DNA of 64,000 nt from the human T2T-CHM13v2.0 reference genome, Homo sapiens: assembly GCF_009914755.1 (NCBI RefSeq), contig NC_060933.1, one strand, 5' to 3'. Shown here in pieces: positions 10,590-27,077 of the stretch. The translations under genes and the position numbers were made by a program. Each line of letters begins with the position of its first letter. The first letter of the stretch is position 1. A model generated the notes under the pieces. That model ran no database searches, had not been told where the DNA came from, and saw nothing but the letters and a program-made list of their open reading frames with translations.

Positions 10590-13444
10590 TAGCACTTGGT
10601 GGATAATTTGATTTAACTCACAAAGTTAAGCATATACACGTTTAAAACATGGGGCCATATACACGATAGGGAGGTGCCTAATGAGAACTCATTCCCATGT
10701 CAAAAATACCATGAGCCATTTTCAGTAGGCGAAGAGTTCTCAAATTAAACCCTGTGTCAGTTTTAAATCCGAATCCACCTAGGTAGATAGGTTCTTTACT
10801 GGGGCTTCTTAGAGGGACACTTGGAAAGGGGACGTGGGTTCCTTGAATGAGAAGACTCATTTTTCTCAAAATGTGAGCTCTATGTTTATCAGATTTACAT
10901 AAACCAAATAAAAATATCAAGGTTTTATCATTTTTGCATGACACTGTCTATCTTACTATTGTGATGATATTTAAAAATGTTCATAATGGAGTGAAAAAAG
11001 ACTTGCTCCTCTAGATATCAAAATGTGCTATTAATTCTCACAATTAATTATTTACTAACAGCTGAAAACACAGATAAATAAATGCAACAGAATAGGAAAT
11101 CCAAAAACACTGAAATATATGTAAGATATATACATAGGGATTGATAATGGTAACATTTCAGATGAGTAGGAAAGGATGAGTTATTAATAACATGCCTGCT
11201 GTGTGAAGAAAACTAATGGAATTTTATGTCGCAAAAATGAGTTCCTGATGGAATTTAGACTGAAATTTTTACATATGCAAAATGAGAAAAGTACCAGAAG
11301 AAAATACAAAGACTTATATATACAGGTACATTTTATGTTAATAAAGGCCTTCCTAAGAATGACCTCGCAAGCAGGCATTCTGAAAGTTGATTTAGCAAAC
11401 TAAAAATTAAAATCCCCTGTGTATCAGAAAAAAATTAACAAAAGGTAACACACTTGAAAAATATTTACAATATATATTTTTACTAATATATAAAAATATA
11501 TATTCAGATGAAAAGTGTATCTTCATCCTACAGGGAAGTTATTCTTTATCATATATAATATGATATATATTACTGATTATATATATAACAAATTGTATAT
11601 ATTACTAATATAATATGTTATATGTATATCAGTTATATATATACAGATAAAAAGCACATCTTTATTTTACAGGGAATTCTTTCCAATCAAATCCACAAGA
11701 AAAGAACTCTAAAAGTGAGCAAAGTACTTTTTTGCAGATCCACAAGTTACTTATGTACATATGAAAAAATCCTTAGTGTTTCTCATAAGAGAATTTAAGT
11801 TAAAAGAGGAATGAGACTGTGTTCTATCCACAGTGTTTGTGAGAATGAAGAGCAGTGGTACTTACACTGCTGCTTGACGTTTAAGTTGCTGATGACTTTT
11901 CAAGTAGATAATTTGGAGATAATTACCACATTTTAAAAATGCATATGCCCTTTACCCACCAATTCCGTTGTATTAAAATACCTTCAGAAAATAGAGATAC
12001 ATGCACTTTGTTTTTCTCAGCATTTATGTTAACAAGAACCCATAGAATGGATATGTGGCCATTGAAGGTGGCAATAGGTGGAGAAGTATGTTGGTGTGTG
12101 AGGATGTATTGTTATAGCCAGTGAGGAAAAAAAATCAATTTGTTTGCACATACACACAAACATACTGTGGTCTTGTGTTAGCCAAAACTATGTACAAAAG
12201 AGCATAAAATTAGTAACTTCTGAGCATTTGTATTTTCAAGTCTTTTGTTCTTTTTTCTTACCTTTGATTTCTGAAGTGAGCATTTCTAAAACTTCTAGTA
12301 AAAATTTATTATTAATGGAATAATTTTTGGGAAGAGAGAAATATGAATCTTGTACAGATAAAAATAATTTCTCACTTTTTTTATCATTATTATTGAGGGT
12401 TGTTATCTCGTTTGAACTTTTAGCTTCTTCAGAAGTAAAAAGGGAATCTTTTTACCTGTGCTTGCAGATTTTATTATGTACATATTATGTATATATGTTT
12501 TTCTTATGTATAGATTCATTACATATATGCAATGATAGATTAATCATTTCATTATAGTTGTAGTCTTATAAAAATAACAAATAGCAAATAGTATTACTAT
12601 CACAAAAATACTGGTTTATAAAAGTTGTATTTAAAAATATTGAGCTCCCCAACTGTATTCTATCAATCCATTTATTCATCAAACATAACCTGAATACCTG
12701 TTATGTAGCAAACATTTTACCTGTTATGTAGCAAACATTTTGCACTATCTCTCAGGACCCTTCCATACTTAAAAACTTTGTTTACCTGTTCTGCCTGAGC
12801 AAGATGAGAGATTTAAAATGGGAATAGTAGGACTTAATCTCCTTGAAGCTTTTCCTCCCACCTTTCAAGCAAAAGCATTTCTGAAGGTAGAAAACAGTAA
12901 GAGATAACCTTTAACTGCCCTTTTGAAAATCTGTCAGTCTTAAATACTAATATGAATAATTGGAAAGTCTGATTTGCATATATTCTGTAAATCTAAGTGT
13001 TGACTAAAATGAGCCATACCTGTTCATCTCAATCATTAGTTTCCTTTAGCTTCATATTTTTAAAAATCAAAGAAGTAATTTGTTTAAAAAATATGTTGTT
13101 ATTTCAGTGCTCTTTCCCCATGGTACTTTTAGGAATTAAAATGTATTTAAGTGTCAATTAGATGCCTAGAACTGCCCTAGACCTGCTGTCTATACCGTAT
13201 TTGCTTAATGTAAGGCCTCATGGATTGTGTGATACCCTACTGTTTTCTATATTAATAAGATGATTTTTTAAACGCTACCAATTGTAGTTATAAAAAATTA
13301 TGAATTATAAATGCCATTCCAATATCAGATATACTAAAATGTGACCTAATCTTTAAATCATCCTGCAAAATGGCAATAATTGTATCATTTTACTTAATTA
13401 AAATGTTTTTGTTAAGTAGTAGTAATAGTAATAATTGTAACATC

Positions 13445-13735
13445 TGGCTGGGTGTGTGGCTCACGCCTGTCATTCCAGAACTTTGGAAAGCTGAGGTGGG
13501 AAGTTCCCATGATGCTAGGAGTTTGAAACCAGCCTGGGCAACAAAGTGACATTCCTACTCTACAAAAATTTTTTTAAAATTAGCTGATCATGCTGGTGCA
13601 CTCCTGTGGTCCCAGCTACTCAGGAGGCTGGGGCAGGAGGATTGCTTGAGCCTATGAGTTCCAGGCTGCAATGAAGTATAAACACCATTGCACTCCAGCC
13701 TGGGCAACAGAGCAAGACCCTGTCCCAACAAACAA
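13445..13735 (+). mobile_element. AluJ
   Basis: Diverged Alu dimer. Confidence 0.85.
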
Positions 13736-13739
13736 AAAT

Positions 13740-13975
13740 TTAACAGTTATTGAGCTGTTGCTTGTTCTGGAGATGGTTCTAAATGATTTACATAGATTTT
13801 CATTTAAGCATCACAGTGGTGTCCCGTGAGCTAGCTGTTGTTGTCATCTTTATTTTATTAATGAGGAAACTGAGGCACAGAAAGGCTAAGCAATAGCTGG
13901 TACCTGACCGAGTTCAAAGTAGAACTCAAACCCTAGTTGAACTGAATGTAAACACCAAGCTCATTCTGTCCAAAT
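13740..13975 (+). mobile_element. MIR
   Basis: Core 'atgaggaaactgaggcacagaaaggctaag'. Confidence 0.7.
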
Positions 13976-14116
13976 AGGCTGCTGTTTCATTAAGGTAGGG
14001 GGCAATAAGAGCTAATAAATATTGTACTTTCTTCAAAAGAAAATTATTTGTTTTGAAGGCAGAGGAATAACTTGCTATTCACTGTTTACAATTACATGAA
14101 CCATTGTAGGTTTTGA

Positions 14117-14317
<201 letters not shown>

Positions 14318-14438
14318 TAAATACATAGAATTAAAATGAATTTATCTCATTTAAATATAACTAGTTGGTGAAACCTGTGGAATATGTATTTTGAATTCTT
14401 AGAATTTATAGTCTAGTTTTTTCATCTGACACTAATAG

Positions 14439-14723
<285 letters not shown>

Positions 14724-15837
14724 TAAATTAATTGTCTAAAATTTTACCTTAAATATTGATACTTTTAAAGAAGCTTTTTTAGTGCACTTATGGGAAATAT
14801 TTGTGAATTTGTTAAGCTAAAACTTCTTCAAGTATTTGTTTCCTACCCCAGGTGTAGGAAAATACTAATTATTTTTCTAATTAGTATTAAAAAAAATCAC
14901 AGGAAAAAAGTTACCCTGGAAATAGGCTTTATCTTAAAACCAGCAATAGCTGGTACGTGACCGAGTCCAAAGTAGAACTCAAGCCCTAGTTTAACTGAAT
15001 CCAAACATCAAGCTCATTCTATCCAAAACAGCAACTTAAAATAAATGGAAGTCTTGCTGCTGCGGACGGTTTTCTAACAAAAGGGATGTATCTTTCATTG
15101 GCAAGGTTTAAGAGGGAAAAATGGGAAGGGAAAAGGGAAGCAATCAAAAACATGCAGGTCAGTTGAAAATTAGGTAATGAGAGAAAATACCAAGAAGAGG
15201 TTTTGTTTTTTAGTTTGTTGTTTTTCCAGTTTATGTATTGAGACAAAGCACTCTTCAGCTTTGGGGTAATCATTTTTGGTTTGGTAAAAGAGGGATTGAA
15301 ACTTGCCTAAAGATTAATTTTTAGAGGACTCTGAGGAAACCAGATTGGCAGTGAATATATGGTGATGAAGTGAGAAACACTTCAGCAAAGGGTGGAACAA
15401 ATTAGTAACTGACTTATTACCCATCCTGGCAAAAACAGCCACTTAGATAAGAGTCTAAACTCTCCTTTCAAATCTAGAATGTCTTGGTGGGAAGGTGGGA
15501 GATAAGGAGCTTATAAATAGCAAAATCAACTGGGATTTTGAGTTTACTTATCCCTGTTATAACCACACCCAGGAAAATTCACTGGCGTTTTAATAAATAA
15601 CTCTATCTCATACTCTTTTCTCTTTCTGGCCACATCCCAAGCTGATAAAGGATATTGGCCATGTGGGTGAGAGATGAAACTGAAGCGATCGTCTGCCACA
15701 GTAATTCTCAGCTAGAATTGTGCATTACAGTGACCTGGGGAAATTTTGTTAAAAGTCTACAAGTGTGGGCTTTCCCCTGAGGATTTTGATGTAATAGATC
15801 ATAAGTTCTGAACATGTATGGTTAAAAATATTTTCTT

Positions 15838-15960
15838 GAAGCCATGCACAGTGGCATGTTCCTGTAGTCCCAGCTACTCAGGAGGCTGAGGTGGGAGGAT
15901 TGCTTGAGCCTAGGAGTTTGAGTCCAGCCTGAGAAACATAGTAAGATTCTTGTCTCTTAC
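15838..15960 (+). mobile_element. Alu monomer (FLAM-like)
   Basis: Single Alu arm followed by A-rich tail. Confidence 0.7.
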
Positions 15961-17408
15961 AACAACAAGAGCGAAAAATAATAATAATAATAATACCTCA
16001 GCATTCGAATACACTCCTGATTAAGAAGCACAGAATAGATAAGTGCAGTATATAAATTCCCATATCTCAAAGACATAAGAAATCTCTGAAAGAGTTGGCA
16101 TTTGATAGGTACTACTTTCTTCAAAGTTCTCCTTTCCAATAACATTAGCCTGACTTATCTGTCTTTCTCTATATTTGTGACTGGGAAGTGAAAGGAAGTA
16201 TCATAGGCAATATCTCTCAGCTGACAGAATAACACCTTTTGCTTCCCACCAGGAATCATTCACTGCCATTCAGAAAGTCTTTAGCAATTTACTTGTGGGT
16301 AATCTTTCAATAAGTAGAGGCTGACCCTTTCACAATTTCATGTTCCTTTGTCACCATTCAAGTGATTATGTGTCAACAAATGTTCATTACAAGTGAGATT
16401 TTCTCAATTACATTAGCAGCAAATCCTGAACCTTTTTTTTTTTTCAGTTGAAGTTGTATTAGGGACTATCTCAGTATGTCTGTTAAGTTTATAGAGCTTT
16501 GGCATAATCAGGATGTCAGTTTTAAACACTGAAATCCTTGAAGTCAGTGAGAATACAATAGGAATTCTTTTAGTAATTTAGTTTCAGCATTCCTATGAAC
16601 TAATTATCTATTTGGTTAACAATCTGGGAAAACTATATAAACATAGATTGCAAACGAATAAATATTGGGAAAATTCTTGAGGTGGATACTATGAGTCTTA
16701 ACAGCAATTTTTATTATGTATATATCAGAGCCTGAGTTTTTTTATTAAACATATGCTACTACAGAAAGAAAAGGTTCCACATGCAAATACTTGGTTTATA
16801 CACAATCATTTAGCAACACATTCATAGCAAATATAAAAATACAAGGGCTATAGTCTAAGTGTGGCATATAGATTTGTTCTTTGCCTCTTTAAATTGAGTC
16901 AACATGTAAAATTTAGTAGACTCATGCAGATATCTGGACCTCAGGCTTGTCTTAAGAATCAAATCTAGTGTCCCCTGGACCGCATCACTTCTTGGTCTGC
17001 TGTGCAGAGGTTGCCCTGTGTAGGAGGCACATATTCTCCAGTATGCTACTGTGCCCACCTGAGTACTTCACTTACTTAGGTAACCTCCTTCATCCTTATA
17101 AGTATTGGAGCTTACAACTCCTTTTTTATAGTATGTTTTCATAAAGATTTCAAGGTTTTCAAGACAGCATATATTGGTTCATAATATATAGTCTATAGTT
17201 TATATAAATCCCTCAATTATAAAGTTGAATTTTAGAATTCAGAAGTTTTTTTTTTAACTGTTTTTTTATATCTATACCATAAATAGTCATCTGCTTATAG
17301 GAATGCCTAGAAGCCTTTTTAGGTTATTCCTGCTGGGAAGTGGATAGATTATGAATATTGCAGGATTATATCTTTCTTCTCAGCAGTTTCCCTTAAAAAT
17401 GCAAGTGA

Positions 17409-17701
<293 letters not shown>

Positions 17702-18855
17702 TCAAGTGACTTATTGGCTTTTATTATGCTAGAAATAAGCCCTATACATCAGTATTAGAACTTTTATTGATAAGCCATTGTATTTTTATTTCTGATTTAT
17801 ATTTTGCCTAAAGTAAAAAAAAGTTAAATAGCAATTTAAATGGAAACCAATACAAATGGATTTAAAAAGTAAAGTTGCATTAGCATCCCAGGATTATCAT
17901 TATAATTGAGAATAAAATTTCTTACTGAGCTTTGCTTTTTAATATTTATTTTCAAAAATTTTTAACTGGTCTCTCTTACACAGAACATACTGAACTTTCT
18001 AATAGTTAAGATAAAAATCTATCCTCTTGTATTAGGAAAAATCCCATGGACTATTTAATAATAAGGAAAATAAGTGCATTTGAAGCCAATCTCTCTTAGT
18101 TCACAGCTCATTTCCTTAGTGGCCCCTTTGGACCAGGAGTGCCTGACATTGGCATCCTGACACCATTGATAGAAGTGAATCAAGCAAGTTTGTGCCACCC
18201 AGAGGAAACCTCCACTTGTACTGGGAAGCTCTGGCAACAGGATCCCTGAAACTCTAGTTCCTAAAATGTTAATGTTTGCCACAAAAAGTATTGTCAAATT
18301 GAGATTAGGCAAAGTTCAAGGGATTTCTAGATTGTTGGCCATGTAATACAGTTTTGTAATACTTCTCAAATGCAGATGATCGTGGAATCTTTTTGTTGGG
18401 GTACAGTTCTTCTGGTAAAACAAATATTCTTTGAAATATAGTTTAAGAAACACTGCTCTAAAGATAATAATTTAGATCATTAATTTATTTTAAAAACGTA
18501 AAGCATTCGCTACTATGTCTTAAGTTTTAGGGTTATAGAGAAAAAAGATACAGCCCTTGCCCTCAAGAAGCTCTTGGTTTCAGTGGGAAACAATGAAATA
18601 ATTACAATGTACTGTGCTAAATGCTGAGATAGAAGCAAGGATTTTGGGGATTGGTAAATATAGTGAGTTTTGGAGATGACCGAAGTTAACGTGGGGAGGC
18701 AGAGGAGGGGTGTTTCAAGGCAGTGTGTGGGAAAGCACAGAGGAGTGAAAAGGACGGGACTGCTTTGCATTTACTTTCTCTCTATATTGCATGTTTAAGT
18801 TCATAGCATCTTATAGAAGATTTTTAGTTCAGTTAAGAAATACGTAATTTTGTGA

Positions 18856-19062
<207 letters not shown>

Positions 19063-19322
19063 TAACAGTCACTCAAGTCAGAAATGTTAATAAGATTAAC
19101 TTATAACTATTGGCATATAGTAAAAAATAACATGAATAATCAGTTAGGTAGAAAAGCAGTTATTTGGACTGAGAAACATAAAAAACAGTATATAGTAGGA
19201 TTCATCTTCTCTTATAGACCGTTACTTGTAATCTGATATTTTTGGTCCTGTAATCTTATATTAGCTAAAGGGGTTTTGTATTTTATTAATTTTATAAAGC
19301 GTAGACTTTAACTTTCAGTTTA

Positions 19323-19378
19323 CAACTACTACTATTACCATTATTATTATTATTATTACTATTATTATTATTATTGCT
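19323..19378. repeat. (TTA)n microsatellite
   Basis: tta/cta triplet run. Confidence 0.85.
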
Positions 19379-19769
19379 GTTGTTTTAAGCCTGCAGATAG
19401 CTCTTACTTATTTGATCCCTAGCTGATTTTGAATTACACTGTATCAGACTAGGAAAGCAATGGGGAAATCTTCATCTAAATCTTTGCCTACTTTAGATAA
19501 GTGACCTCAGCACAGTTTCTTGGCCATCAAAGGACTATAAATTAGCAACTTGTATTATGTCATATCCCAATGGAACATGAAGCTTGCTTGTTGTCCCTGC
19601 CTTTTAGTCTTGGTGGTAATTTACCCAGATGAACACTTTAGCACCCAAGATGCTTATACACATAAGCTAGTACATGTATATGGTTATTATGTCTATCCTG
19701 ACAGGCAAGATACGAAATTGGTGAAGTGTATCCAATTTGCTAATGAAATATCTTTATTAAAGTTCTTGA

Positions 19770-19970
<201 letters not shown>

Positions 19971-21157
19971 TAAGGTTTAAAATAATTACAAATATTGCAT
20001 CTTATACATTAGGTGACAGTTCATAGTTTGTTTGAGGTAGTTTGGAATGGCAACAAGTTAGTCCACTTTTTAGCCAGAAATCAAACAGAAAGCTAGATTA
20101 GTTAGAAGTAGCAATGAATGCAAGATTCTTTCAGGACTTTTAAAGACCTTTATCCCTAGGGATCTCAGTGTTGTTCATTTTATTCCAAGTATAACCCTCA
20201 TATGTGAGATATAAATAACGTCACATCTTTTACTTTTTTTCTTCTTTCTTTTGTTTTGAAACAAGGTCTCACTATGTTGCCCATGTCCCTGAGCTCAAGT
20301 GATTCTCCTGCCTCGGCCTCACAAACTGCTAGCCACCATGCCTGGCCTGACTTTTCTAATTAGTTATTGGGTCTTGAAATATCCAGTTTAGCAGAAAATC
20401 TTGTATTGTCCCCTGGGGCTACCTCCTATGCCTTCCTCCTTTGAATTTTTCAAAAAGCTAAGGGGTTCTCTAAGTCCAAGGAAGACAATCTTACTTTACA
20501 AGTCAGAAGAAGGGGGGAAAAGGCCATTCTAGTCATTCTGTTGTTTCCATTGATTCACTTGCTGTATTGCTGCCATTGTAACTGGTCCTGCAATCTGGTA
20601 ATGATTAACTTTTGCCACCAGGATGCTGTTACTGATTCAGATCCCTCACTCTTCATGGTGACTTATACACAGAGTCCACAGCTGCAATGTTTTTTAGTTC
20701 ATGTACATAGGCTCAGCCATTGTTCCCAGCACCCTGCTCTGGCAGCAAGGCCTCCTGGCTTTACCCACACACATAGTGAGTAAATTGACCTTTCCCCAAC
20801 ACTAAAAACCTTATTTGTAGCCCACGTCTTAGCTAGGCTTACCCTAGTCCTTCATGGTAAGTAATCCTTTGAGGCCAGTGTCCATCTTTTCTCTAGCAAA
20901 TATTAGTTGGGATTGTACTCAACAGTCAGGGATGTTCAAATAATGTTGCAGGAAGAGAGAAGAGGTCCCTTTGCCTTTTGTTATCACATCTGTACCTTGA
21001 GGCTTTTTTCTGTCCTGTGTAGCAGCTTTTGTTAGATAGCAAAAGGTTCCACATTATCCTTCAATAGATAGTGGGCACCAACTTGCCGTTGGCCCCTCAA
21101 GTAATGTGTTTCCACAGTAATGAAAATCTCTAAGGCTACTTGCATCTCTACCTCAAG

Positions 21158-21400
21158 TTTTTTTTTTTAATTATACTTTAAGTTTTAGGGTACATGTGCA
21201 CAACATGCAGGTTAGTTACATATGTATACATGTGCCATGTTGGTGTGCTGCGCCCATTAACTCATCATTTAACATTAGGTATATCTCCTAATGCTATCCT
21301 TCCCCTTTCCCCCCACCCCACAACAGGCCGCGGTGTATGATGTTCCCCTTCCTGTGTCCATGTGTTCTCATTGTTCAATTCCCACCTATGAGTGAGAACA
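21158..21400 (-). mobile_element. Short 5'-truncated L1PA 3' end
   Basis: 'ttatactttaagttttagggtacatgtgcacaacatgcaggttagttacat' is reversed young L1PA 3' UTR. Confidence 0.9.
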
Positions 21401-21526
21401 TTTTAAAATTCTACTTCACAGGAAGTCATTTGATAGAATTCTCTGTATCTAAAGTAAGTAATTTGTATTTCACAGAGCTAAGCCTCATCCATGACTTATG
21501 AGTATCCATGTATAAAACAGGGCTTT

Positions 21527-21632
21527 ATACTTGCCCTAGCAGCACATATTCTAAAATTGGATCAATACAGAACAGATAAGCATGCCTGCTGCCTAACGAT
21601 GGCACACAAATTCAGAAAGCATTCCACATGTT
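21527..21632 (+). pseudogene. U6 snRNA pseudogene (RNU6-xP)
   Basis: 'gcagcacatattctaaaattggatcaatacagaacagataagcatg...acacaaattcagaaagcattccacat' aligns along U6 with many substitutions; ACAGAGA box mutated. Confidence 0.85.
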
Positions 21633-22763
21633 GCACAGTACCCAGAAGGTCGTTTGACTATTTGTTAACTAGCTTCAAGGAAACAATGTGAGTCAAACCA
21701 AAACAGGAGACACCCGATATGGAAATTGTTATTATGATCATTACGAAAGTATTCATATAAGGTGATCTGTGAAATGAGAACAGAGCTGAGTAGCATATGG
21801 GATGTCACATGCAAATATGTTGTTAGTCCATGACTTGGAAATGAGGAAACATAAACTTGCATCTCTTTCATGGAACCAAAAAACAATACAAGCAGGGCTT
21901 TGTCTTGTATGTCAGTCAGAGAGGACCCAGAAGATGCAGCCTCTAACACAGACCTGCTGGCTCCGAGTTTGAGGAGGTAGAGAAGGAATGGTAGTTGTCC
22001 CAGCCGGGTTTTGACACCTATTAGTTTTCTGCCCTTGGTGTGACTGATGTGCTCAGTAATAGGGGACAATTAGGTTATATGTTTTAATGAGATAATAATA
22101 TATTTATGTATAAATTTGGTTACAAGTTATGAACTAGCTAAAATGCTGTGAACTACAAGCCACAATGAACAGAACTAATAACCAAAATTAGCACTTAGTA
22201 ACATTCTCTGAAAACTGTGACATCCAAATATTAGAACCTATGAAAAAACACCCATCAGATTTTGTTTGAGATTCCAAAATGGTTTCAGCAATACAGTTCA
22301 AGAGTAAATTTTTCCATTGCTTTACGATTTCTCTGAACATTTGAACATGTTATCTCATTACATCCTCCTGACAACCTAGTGAAGTCAAATAGTAAAATCT
22401 CTACTTTTTAGAAGAAGCCATGGAGCCTAAGAGAAGCAACTCATCTGAAAACAAAATACCTATTAGTTACAGAGCGAGGACTTACTCTGAGTGCAGGACA
22501 GTTTCCAAGCTGTTAAGCTAGCTAACTAGAATTAATTTACTGAGCTATGCTTTTCTCGGTTTATGAGTACTCCCTGTTTTTCTTCTTTAATTAGAAGCTT
22601 AATAAGTTTATAGAGCTTAAAATTTTAAAGTGTATGGGACATTAGAGTTCCGATATTAGCTCTGATATTGTCTGAAATGCTTTAAGAATTTAATATGTTT
22701 GGTAAATATTTTTCATATCACTATTAAAATACTAATTTTATTTATTACATTTATTATGCATAG

Positions 22764-22831
22764 CATTCAACAACAAATTTTGGAACATAAAAATAAGATA
22801 CTTAAAAGTCATCTTTGAAATGATAATCAAG
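22764..22831 (+). pseudogene. ANKRD19P: ANKRD19P exon 6 with in-frame TGA at 22816-22818
   Basis: catag|c; [21 protein letters not shown]; caag|gtaag. Confidence 0.88.
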
Positions 22832-22900
22832 GTAAGACTTCTGATAGTAAATTTCTCATTTCTCTTGGTGATCTTACTGATTTTAAAAGGCAAAATTACA

Positions 22901-23193
22901 GGCCAGGCATGGTGGCTCACACCTGTAATCCCAGCACTTCGGGAAGGTGAGGCGGGTGGATCACCTGAGGTCAGGATTTTGAGACAAGCCTGGCTAACAT
23001 GGTGAAACCCCATCTCTACTAAAAATACAAAAATTAGCTGGGCATGGTGGCGGACACCTGTAATCCCAGCTACTCAGGAGGCTGAGGCAGGAGAATCACT
23101 TGAACCCAGGTGATTGCAGTGAGCTGAGATGGCACCACTGTACTCCAACCTGGATGAAAGAGCAAGACTCTATCTCCAAAAAAAACAAAAAAA
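22901..23193 (+). mobile_element. AluS
   Basis: Alu dimer with A tail. Confidence 0.9.
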
Positions 23194-23541
23194 AGTAAGA
23201 TTACATATTTTTAATCATAAAAGAGCAGTTTAAAATATATATATTTATATATAAATTAATTTTTTTAATTTAATTTCTTTAGAATTCAGTTAAGAAGTTA
23301 GTTGTAGCTAATTCTCAATCTCAAACAGTATTGTCTGAAAAAAATTCATTTACCTACTTATGATCCCTGAAATTCTACATGATATTTTTGTATTAATAGA
23401 AATAAGAAATTAGATTTTTAAGTTAATATGTTGCATTTTCTTCTATAATTACATTGTTACAAATTGGACTTGTTATTGCAAATGGATCTTCTATTTAATT
23501 TTTATAGTAAATGGTTTATATTTAGTAAATAAAGTTAATTA

Positions 23542-23975
23542 CAGTTGATTCTTGAATATCGTGGGGGTTAGGGACTCTGATCCCTGTGCAGTTGAAAATC
23601 TGAGTATAACTTTGACTCCTTCCAAACGTAACTACTAATAGCCTACTGTTGACTGGAAACTTTACTGATAATATAAACAGTCGATGAACACATAATTGGT
23701 ATGTGTTGCATTATTATATACTATGCTTTTAAAATAAAGTAAGCTAGAGAAATGAACTGTTATAAAGAAAATCATCGAAAAGAAAAAATATACTTACTAT
23801 TCATAAACATAAGTGAATCCTCCCAAAGGTCTTCATCTTTATCATCTTCAGGTTGATTAGGCTGAGGAGGAAGAAAACGGTTGGTTTTGCTGTCTCTGCG
23901 TTGCAGAAGCAGAAGAAAAATCTGCATATAAGTGGACCCCTGCAGTTCAAACTCTTGTTGTTCAAGGGTCAACTG
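23542..23975. mobile_element. Tigger2a-like DNA transposon (TcMar)
   Basis: TIRs cagttgattcttgaa / ttcaagggtcaactg, TA on both sides, 434 bp. Confidence 0.85.
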
Positions 23976-24341
23976 TATTACACAGGAATCTGTGTCACTA
24001 AGAAAGTAACTGTCTTTAGAACTAGGAATTCAACAATCCCTTTCTGATACCATAACAAATGGCAATAAGAACCATAAAACTGAGCCAGTGTGCACCCATA
24101 CAAATAGGAGATTATTTTTGAAGATACCTACTGAATGCAGAAGACAGAAAAGTAATTCCTTCCCAAGAAGCAGAAGTTATGTTATGTATTCCTATACAAA
24201 CAAGGTCTATTTGTAATTTATTCACCGTAAGTTGGAAGCTCATGAGATATATTCACTTCTTAGAACAAGCTGTGTGTTTTTATGTGCTGGATAATTATCA
24301 TAATAATAGTAATTTTGCTGGAAGAAGATAATCTGTTACCA

Positions 24342-24696
<355 letters not shown>

Positions 24697-25967
24697 CTAG
24701 GCTCAAAAAATGAAAAAAATTATAATAAAATTATAAAAATGGTTCACAATAACAAAAACATGACACCTAATGCATTGTACAGTCTGAACCGTATAAAGAC
24801 ACCGTTAATTTAGTAAATAATTATCAAACCACTTCTATAAGTTAGGTTTGGCAAATTGTAGGAGACAAAGATGGAATTGACATAGTTTTTGTCTTTAAGA
24901 TGCTCATAATAGAATATAGATAACTGTTTAATTTTTGTGTTTTTTTCAACAGAATTTTTAAGAAAAATATTTTAATTCATTCATATACTTATCCACTTAA
25001 AAAATAACCATCATGTATCTTTTATAGACTAAGCATTTTTCCAATGTTACAAAATACATTTAAAAAATAGTTAGGAGATTGTTATTACCACTGTTATTTA
25101 TTTTATTTACTACCTTAAGTAGTGCTTACTGTGTGTCCAATGTCATCTGGGAGCTTATAGTTATTATTTATTACGTATGTATCATGTTCAGTATGTGCCA
25201 GGCATGTTTACATTTGTGGTAATGAATGCAAGCTTCTAAAATGTGGGTAGGATTTAGGGTAAGCGTGCAGAGTGAGTGGAACTTTGCCAGGTAAGGAGGC
25301 AGAGGGATGATGCTTGGCAGAAGGAGTATCTAACAAGCTTGCATGTTTGACAGAAGCAGCAGCCATGAAGAATGAAAATTTTAAAACACAAGGAGCAAGT
25401 TCAAAAGATAGGACATCTGAGTGAACTTTGTAGAGTTTATGAGCAGTTCAAATTTGCTAGTGCAAAAAAATATATATGGAGTGCTTGGTAATGAGGTGAA
25501 AATAGCTTATAGTTATTATTTATTATGTATTTATTATGTTTAGTATGTGTCAGTGAAGGCAAGCTTAGGAAAGACTTTGTTGTTGTTTTACCTGTTTCTA
25601 GAAACAAGTTCAATGAAAGACCTTTAATAGTATAGAAATGAGTAGATCTTATCCTGTAGGCCAGGGGAAACTTCTGAGGTAGAATGCTTTCAGCTGCAAA
25701 TTCTAGAAGACCTAACAGTGGCCAAAACTATAAGAACCAGACTTGTTTTGGTTGTCCAGCGATATTATTGGATCCCACTTGTTCCTCTTTCAGCTATGCT
25801 GTTGGCAGTGTCTTGTTCATGTCTCCTTTCATGGTTGGCTACTTAGCAACAGCTCCAAACATCATGTTATCACAAGACAGTATCTAAAGGCTGGAAGGGC
25901 TGCTTTTCTTCACATGTGTCTTTTAAATTGGGAGAAAACTCAGAAGCATGCAGGGGACTTTTTGTAA

Positions 25968-26262
25968 TTTTTTTTTTTTTCCGGGGATGTAGTCTCACTC
26001 TATCACCAGTCTGGAGTCCAGTGGCACGATCTTAGCTCACTGTAGCCTCCACCTCCTAAGTTCAAGCAATTCTCCTACCCCAGCCTCCCGAGGAGCTGGG
26101 ACAACAGGCACTTGCGACCACGCCCAGGTCATTTTTGTATTTTTAGTAGGGACGGGGTTTCACCATGTTGGCCAGGATGGTCTCGGTCTCTTGAGCTCGT
26201 GATCTGCCTGCCTCGGCCTCCCAAAGTGCTGGGATTACAGGCATGAGCCACCGTGCTCAACC
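25968..26262 (-). mobile_element. AluS
   Basis: Reverse Alu dimer; flanking 'ctttttgtaat'. Confidence 0.9.
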
Positions 26263-26561
26263 CTTTTTGTAATATTTTATTAGCTGGGTCACACCACATG
26301 CTCCTTCCTAAACCAGGCACTGGGAAAGCAAATGTAGTTATCTGATTAGCTTAGAATAATCACTTATCCTTTGAAGCTGGGGAGGGGTATTGGGATAATA
26401 AATACCCAAATAAATTTGTGATTCTCCAGCAAGAAACAACAAGGAACTGCTCTTGGGTAGGGAGCCAGCTGTATTTGCTCTAGAAATTCATTGGAAAATT
26501 GTGAGCAGGGGAGGCATTAGATTCGATTTGAGAATTAGGGCATTCTGTTCAGGGTATAAGG

Positions 26562-26838
26562 CAGGGATTGGCAAGCTTTTTCTGTAAAGGGCCAAATAGG
26601 AAATATTTTAGGCCATGTGGTCTCTCTCTCTCTTTCAAAAATGATTTAAGCAGCTGAAGGCCATGCTTAAATGGCCTTAAGTAGCTCTGTCGTAGCTACT
26701 CAACCCTGCCATTGTAGTGTGAAAGCAGTCATAGGTGGCAAGTCAGTGAATAGGCATGACTGTACTCTCATAAAACTTCACTGAGAAAAAACATGGTAGG
26801 CAGGATTTGGCCTGTGGTCTACAGTGTGCTGACCCATT
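26562..26838. mobile_element. MER58A-like hAT-Charlie element
   Basis: 'cagggattggcaagcttttttctgtaaagggccaaatag...tgctgaccc' termini. Confidence 0.65.
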
Positions 26839-27077
26839 ATGTAGAGGGTAGATGGAGGATAGATGTCACCTGGGAGCATGTAGTTATTATTTACTAGGTG
26901 TTTATTATGTTCATTAGATGCCATGCACTTTTAAATTTGTGGTGATGACTGCAAGCTTCTAAAAAAATGGGTAGGATTTAGGGGAAGCACGCAGAGTTAG
27001 TGAAGCTTTGCCAGGTAAAGAGGCAGAGGGATGATGTTTTCCAGAAGGAATATCTAACAAGCTTGCATGTTTGACAG

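Noticed and set aside
12696-12741. 23-bp tandem duplication acctgttatgtagcaaacatttt
   Set aside because: Ordinary slippage event deep in an intron
21527-21632. Functional U6 gene
   Set aside because: Many substitutions including the ACAGAGA box; no T-run terminator or clear PSE/TATA seen
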